A stretch of DNA of 64,000 bases, taken from the NCBI GenBank assembly GCA_009914755.4, contig CP068257.2:30048001-30112000 (forward strand). The letters run 5' to 3'. This DNA comes from the human T2T-CHM13v2.0 reference genome, Homo sapiens. Position 1 is the first letter of the stretch, and each line of letters starts with the position of its first letter. The notes beneath the pieces were generated by a model. It made no database searches, was not told the origin of the DNA, and saw nothing but the letters and a program-made list of their open reading frames with translations. Made by a program: the position numbers and the translations under genes. Shown one piece after another: positions 60,161 through 64,000 of the stretch.

Positions 60161-60604
60161 CTCCTTCTCTATTTTCTAAAATAGCCTGTGTGGAATTGAT
60201 ATTATTTCTTTCTTAAGATTTGTTAGAATTCACCAATGAAGCCACTTGGGCCTAAAGTTTTGCTTATGAGAGGGTTTTATATTAATCAATTTTTAAAATT
60301 GATATAGTGTTCTTCAGGTCTTCTGTTTCTCGAGGGAGTTTTGATCATTTGTATTTTTTTCAGAAAATTGTCCATTTAAAGGTTGTCAATTTATTGCATA
60401 AAGTTTTTCCATGATATTCTGTTATTACCCTTTTAATGTCTGTAGTGATATTTCCTCTTTCATTTCTGATATTGATAATTTCTATCTTCTTTTTTTTCTT
60501 TTCTTGTTGAGTGAGGTTAGAGATTCATCTATTTTGTTGTTCCAAAAACCAAAGAAACAGTTTTTGGTTTCATTGATTAGCTCTATTGTTTGTGGACTTT
60601 CTAG

Positions 60605-60971
<367 letters not shown>

Positions 60972-61016
60972 TCTTTTCCGGTTTCTTAAAGTGGAGGCCT
61001 AGATCATTGATTTTAG

Positions 61017-61278
<262 letters not shown>

Positions 61279-61611
61279 CCTTTTTTTTTTTTTTTTTTTT
61301 TGTATTGTAAGCATTTAAAACTTTAAATTTACTTCTCAAATTTTGGAGTGTTGTATTTCTTAAATATTTAGTTCAAAATATTTTGTAATTTCCCTTGGGA
61401 GTTTTTCTTTTCCCTAAGTTCTTATTTATGAAAGTATTGTTTAAATTCCAAATAGTTGGGAATTTCTGTTATCTTTCTGTGATTGATTATACTAATCGAA
61501 TTCCATTATAGTCACATATCATACTTCATATGATTTCAGTTTTTTTTTAATTATTGTGACTTGTTTTGTGGCTCAATTCATGGTCTACCTAGATGATTGC
61601 TCCATGTGCAC

Positions 61612-61745
61612 TTTAAAATAATATATATTCCGCTCTTGTTAGGTAGGATAATAATATATATTCCGCTCTTGTTAGGTAGGATAATAATATATATTCCGCT
61701 CTTGTTAGGTAGGATAATAATATATATTCCGCTCTTGTTAGGTTC
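61612..61745. repeat. Minisatellite: 33-bp unit (aataatatatattccgctcttgttaggtaggat) x4
   Basis: ttccgctcttgttaggtagg recurs at 61628, 61661, 61694 and 61727 (period 33). Six-frame ORFs show the repeating peptide IYIPLLLGRII. Confidence 0.9.
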
Positions 61746-61864
61746 TGTTAACGTCTCTTGGATCAAGTTGGTTGATGGTATTATTTAAGTCTTCTAGATT
61801 TCTATTCTTTTTCTACCTGCTTATTATGTCAATTAGAGAGGAGATTTGATGTCTCCTGATGTGA

Positions 61865-62211
<347 letters not shown>

Positions 62212-62758
62212 TGACTCATGTATATTGAAGCTTTGTTACTAGGTACGTAAAAATTTAGCATTATTATTTCTCCTTGATGAATAGACTCCTTATCAATTGG
62301 AAAATTTTCTCTTTTTTCTGGTAACATTCCTTGCCCTGAATTCTCTTTTACCTGATATTGAAAAGCCACTTTGGCTTTCTTGTGGTTAATACTTGCTTGG
62401 TATATTTTTTTTCCATCCTTTTGCCTTTAATCTATCTGTGTCTTTATTTTTAAAGTGGATTTTTTTTGTGGACAGCATATAGTTGGGCCTTGCATTTCAG
62501 TCCATTCTGACATGTCTGACTTAACTGAATTGTTTAGACCATTCACATTTAATGTAGTTGTCAATAGGGTTGAGTTTCATTCTACCATTTTGCTGTCTGT
62601 TTTCGGTTTGTCCTGTCTGCTCTACTATTTTTCTCTTCATTTGGCTTTTTTTGGCATAGTTGAGTATTTTATTAGTATTTTATTTGAACTCTACTAGTTA
62701 ACTTACTATGTGCACCTCTTTTTCTTTAGTGGTTGATCTAAGGTTTACAATATGCATC

Positions 62759-63061
62759 TTTTTTTTTTTTTTTTTTTTTTGAGACGGAGTGTTGCTCTGT
62801 GGCCCAGGCTGGAGTGCAGTGGCGCTATCTCAGCTGAGTGCAAGCTCCGCCTCCCAGGTTCATGCCATTCTCCTGCCTCAGCCTCCTGAGTAGCTGGGAC
62901 TACAGGTGCCTGCCACCATGCCTGGCTAATTTTTTGTAATTTTAGTAGAGACGGGGTTTCACCATGTTAGCCAGGATGGTCTCGATCTCCTGACATTCTG
63001 ATCCACCTGCCTCGGCCTCCCAAAGTGCTGGGATTACAGGCGTGAGCCACCGCACCTGGCC
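62759..63061 (-). mobile_element. Alu SINE (AluY-like), perfect 16-bp TSD tacaatatgcatcttt
   Basis: T22, then gagacggagtgttgctctgtggcccaggctggagtgcagtggcgctatctcagc...gttcatgccattctcctgcctcagcc. Confidence 0.9.
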
Positions 63062-63394
63062 TACAATATGCATCTTTAAGTTATTACAGTCCACTTTCAA
63101 ATAAACTTATGCTACTCGACATATAATGTGTGATTCTTATTATATGCCTCTATTTCCTCTCCAATCCTGTGCTTATTGTTGTTTTATATTTTATTTCTAC
63201 ATGTATATTTTATAAGCCTACAATACATTAATATTGTTTTTTCTTTAGTCATTATTTTGAAAACAAGAAAATACTTTTTGTATTTTCCCACATATTTAAC
63301 ATTTTCAGTACTCTTCATTCCTGTGTATAGATCCAAGTTTCCATCTGTTGTCAATTTTCTTTTTCATAGGGAAGTTTCTTTCATATTTGTTTTA

Positions 63395-63753
<359 letters not shown>

Positions 63754-64000
63754 CTATATTTTACCTGAAATTCTGAAAGGGATTTTCTGTGGGTATAGAA
63801 TTCTACATTTACAGGGTTTGCCCCTTACCTAGCACTTGAAAATGTGTCATTCCATTGTTTTCTGGCTTGCATAGTTTCTCATGAGAAATCTGTGAGATAA
63901 TTCTTATATTTGTAAATAATTGCCTTTTGTCCAATGTCTGAAAATTGTTATTTCCTGTATATTTTCCAGTTTTCTGGTTTGTTTCTTTTTTATGGTGAAA

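Noticed and set aside
61578-61788. ORFs with perfectly repeating 11-aa peptides (ILPNKSGIYII / IYIPLLLGRII)
   Set aside because: They are the 33-bp minisatellite read in frame. This is not a CRISPR array either: the copies are contiguous with no spacers, and the context is eukaryotic.

Overview
This window is human (primate) genomic DNA. It is dense in Alu SINEs (about 37 copies or fragments), contains an L1 3' fragment, and has typical CpG depletion outside one CpG island. It is not a prokaryotic or defence locus, and I see no evidence of a novel biological system.

The window carries the promoter and the 5' ~80% of one protein-coding gene on the minus strand, which I identify as SCAF4 (SR-related CTD-associated factor 4, chr21q22.11). 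The exon peptides match my recollection of the SCAF4 N-terminus, which begins MDAVNAFNQELFSLMDMKPPISRAKM. They contain VLNLWQKNGVFKIEIIQPLLDMAAGTSNAAPVAEN, and they are paralogous to SCAF8 segments such as VCSTTLWVGQ.DK and IESINMIPPRGCAY. I cannot run a database search to confirm this.

I traced 19 coding exons (2,488 nt, about 829 codons) from the ATG at 51684 down to a donor at 5032. Every junction has GT/AG boundaries and a consistent reading phase. The remaining 3' exons, encoding roughly 320 aa, are not in the window; they presumably lie beyond position 1.

A CpG island at about 50.85-52.7 kb holds the SCAF4 promoter and 5'UTR. Intron 1, at 25.3 kb, contains an HMGN1 processed pseudogene antisense to SCAF4.

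Other content is ordinary: Alus (several with clean target-site duplications), simple-sequence repeats, a 33-bp minisatellite and G-rich tracts. The six-frame ORFs in Alus, microsatellites and the GC-rich island are artefacts.
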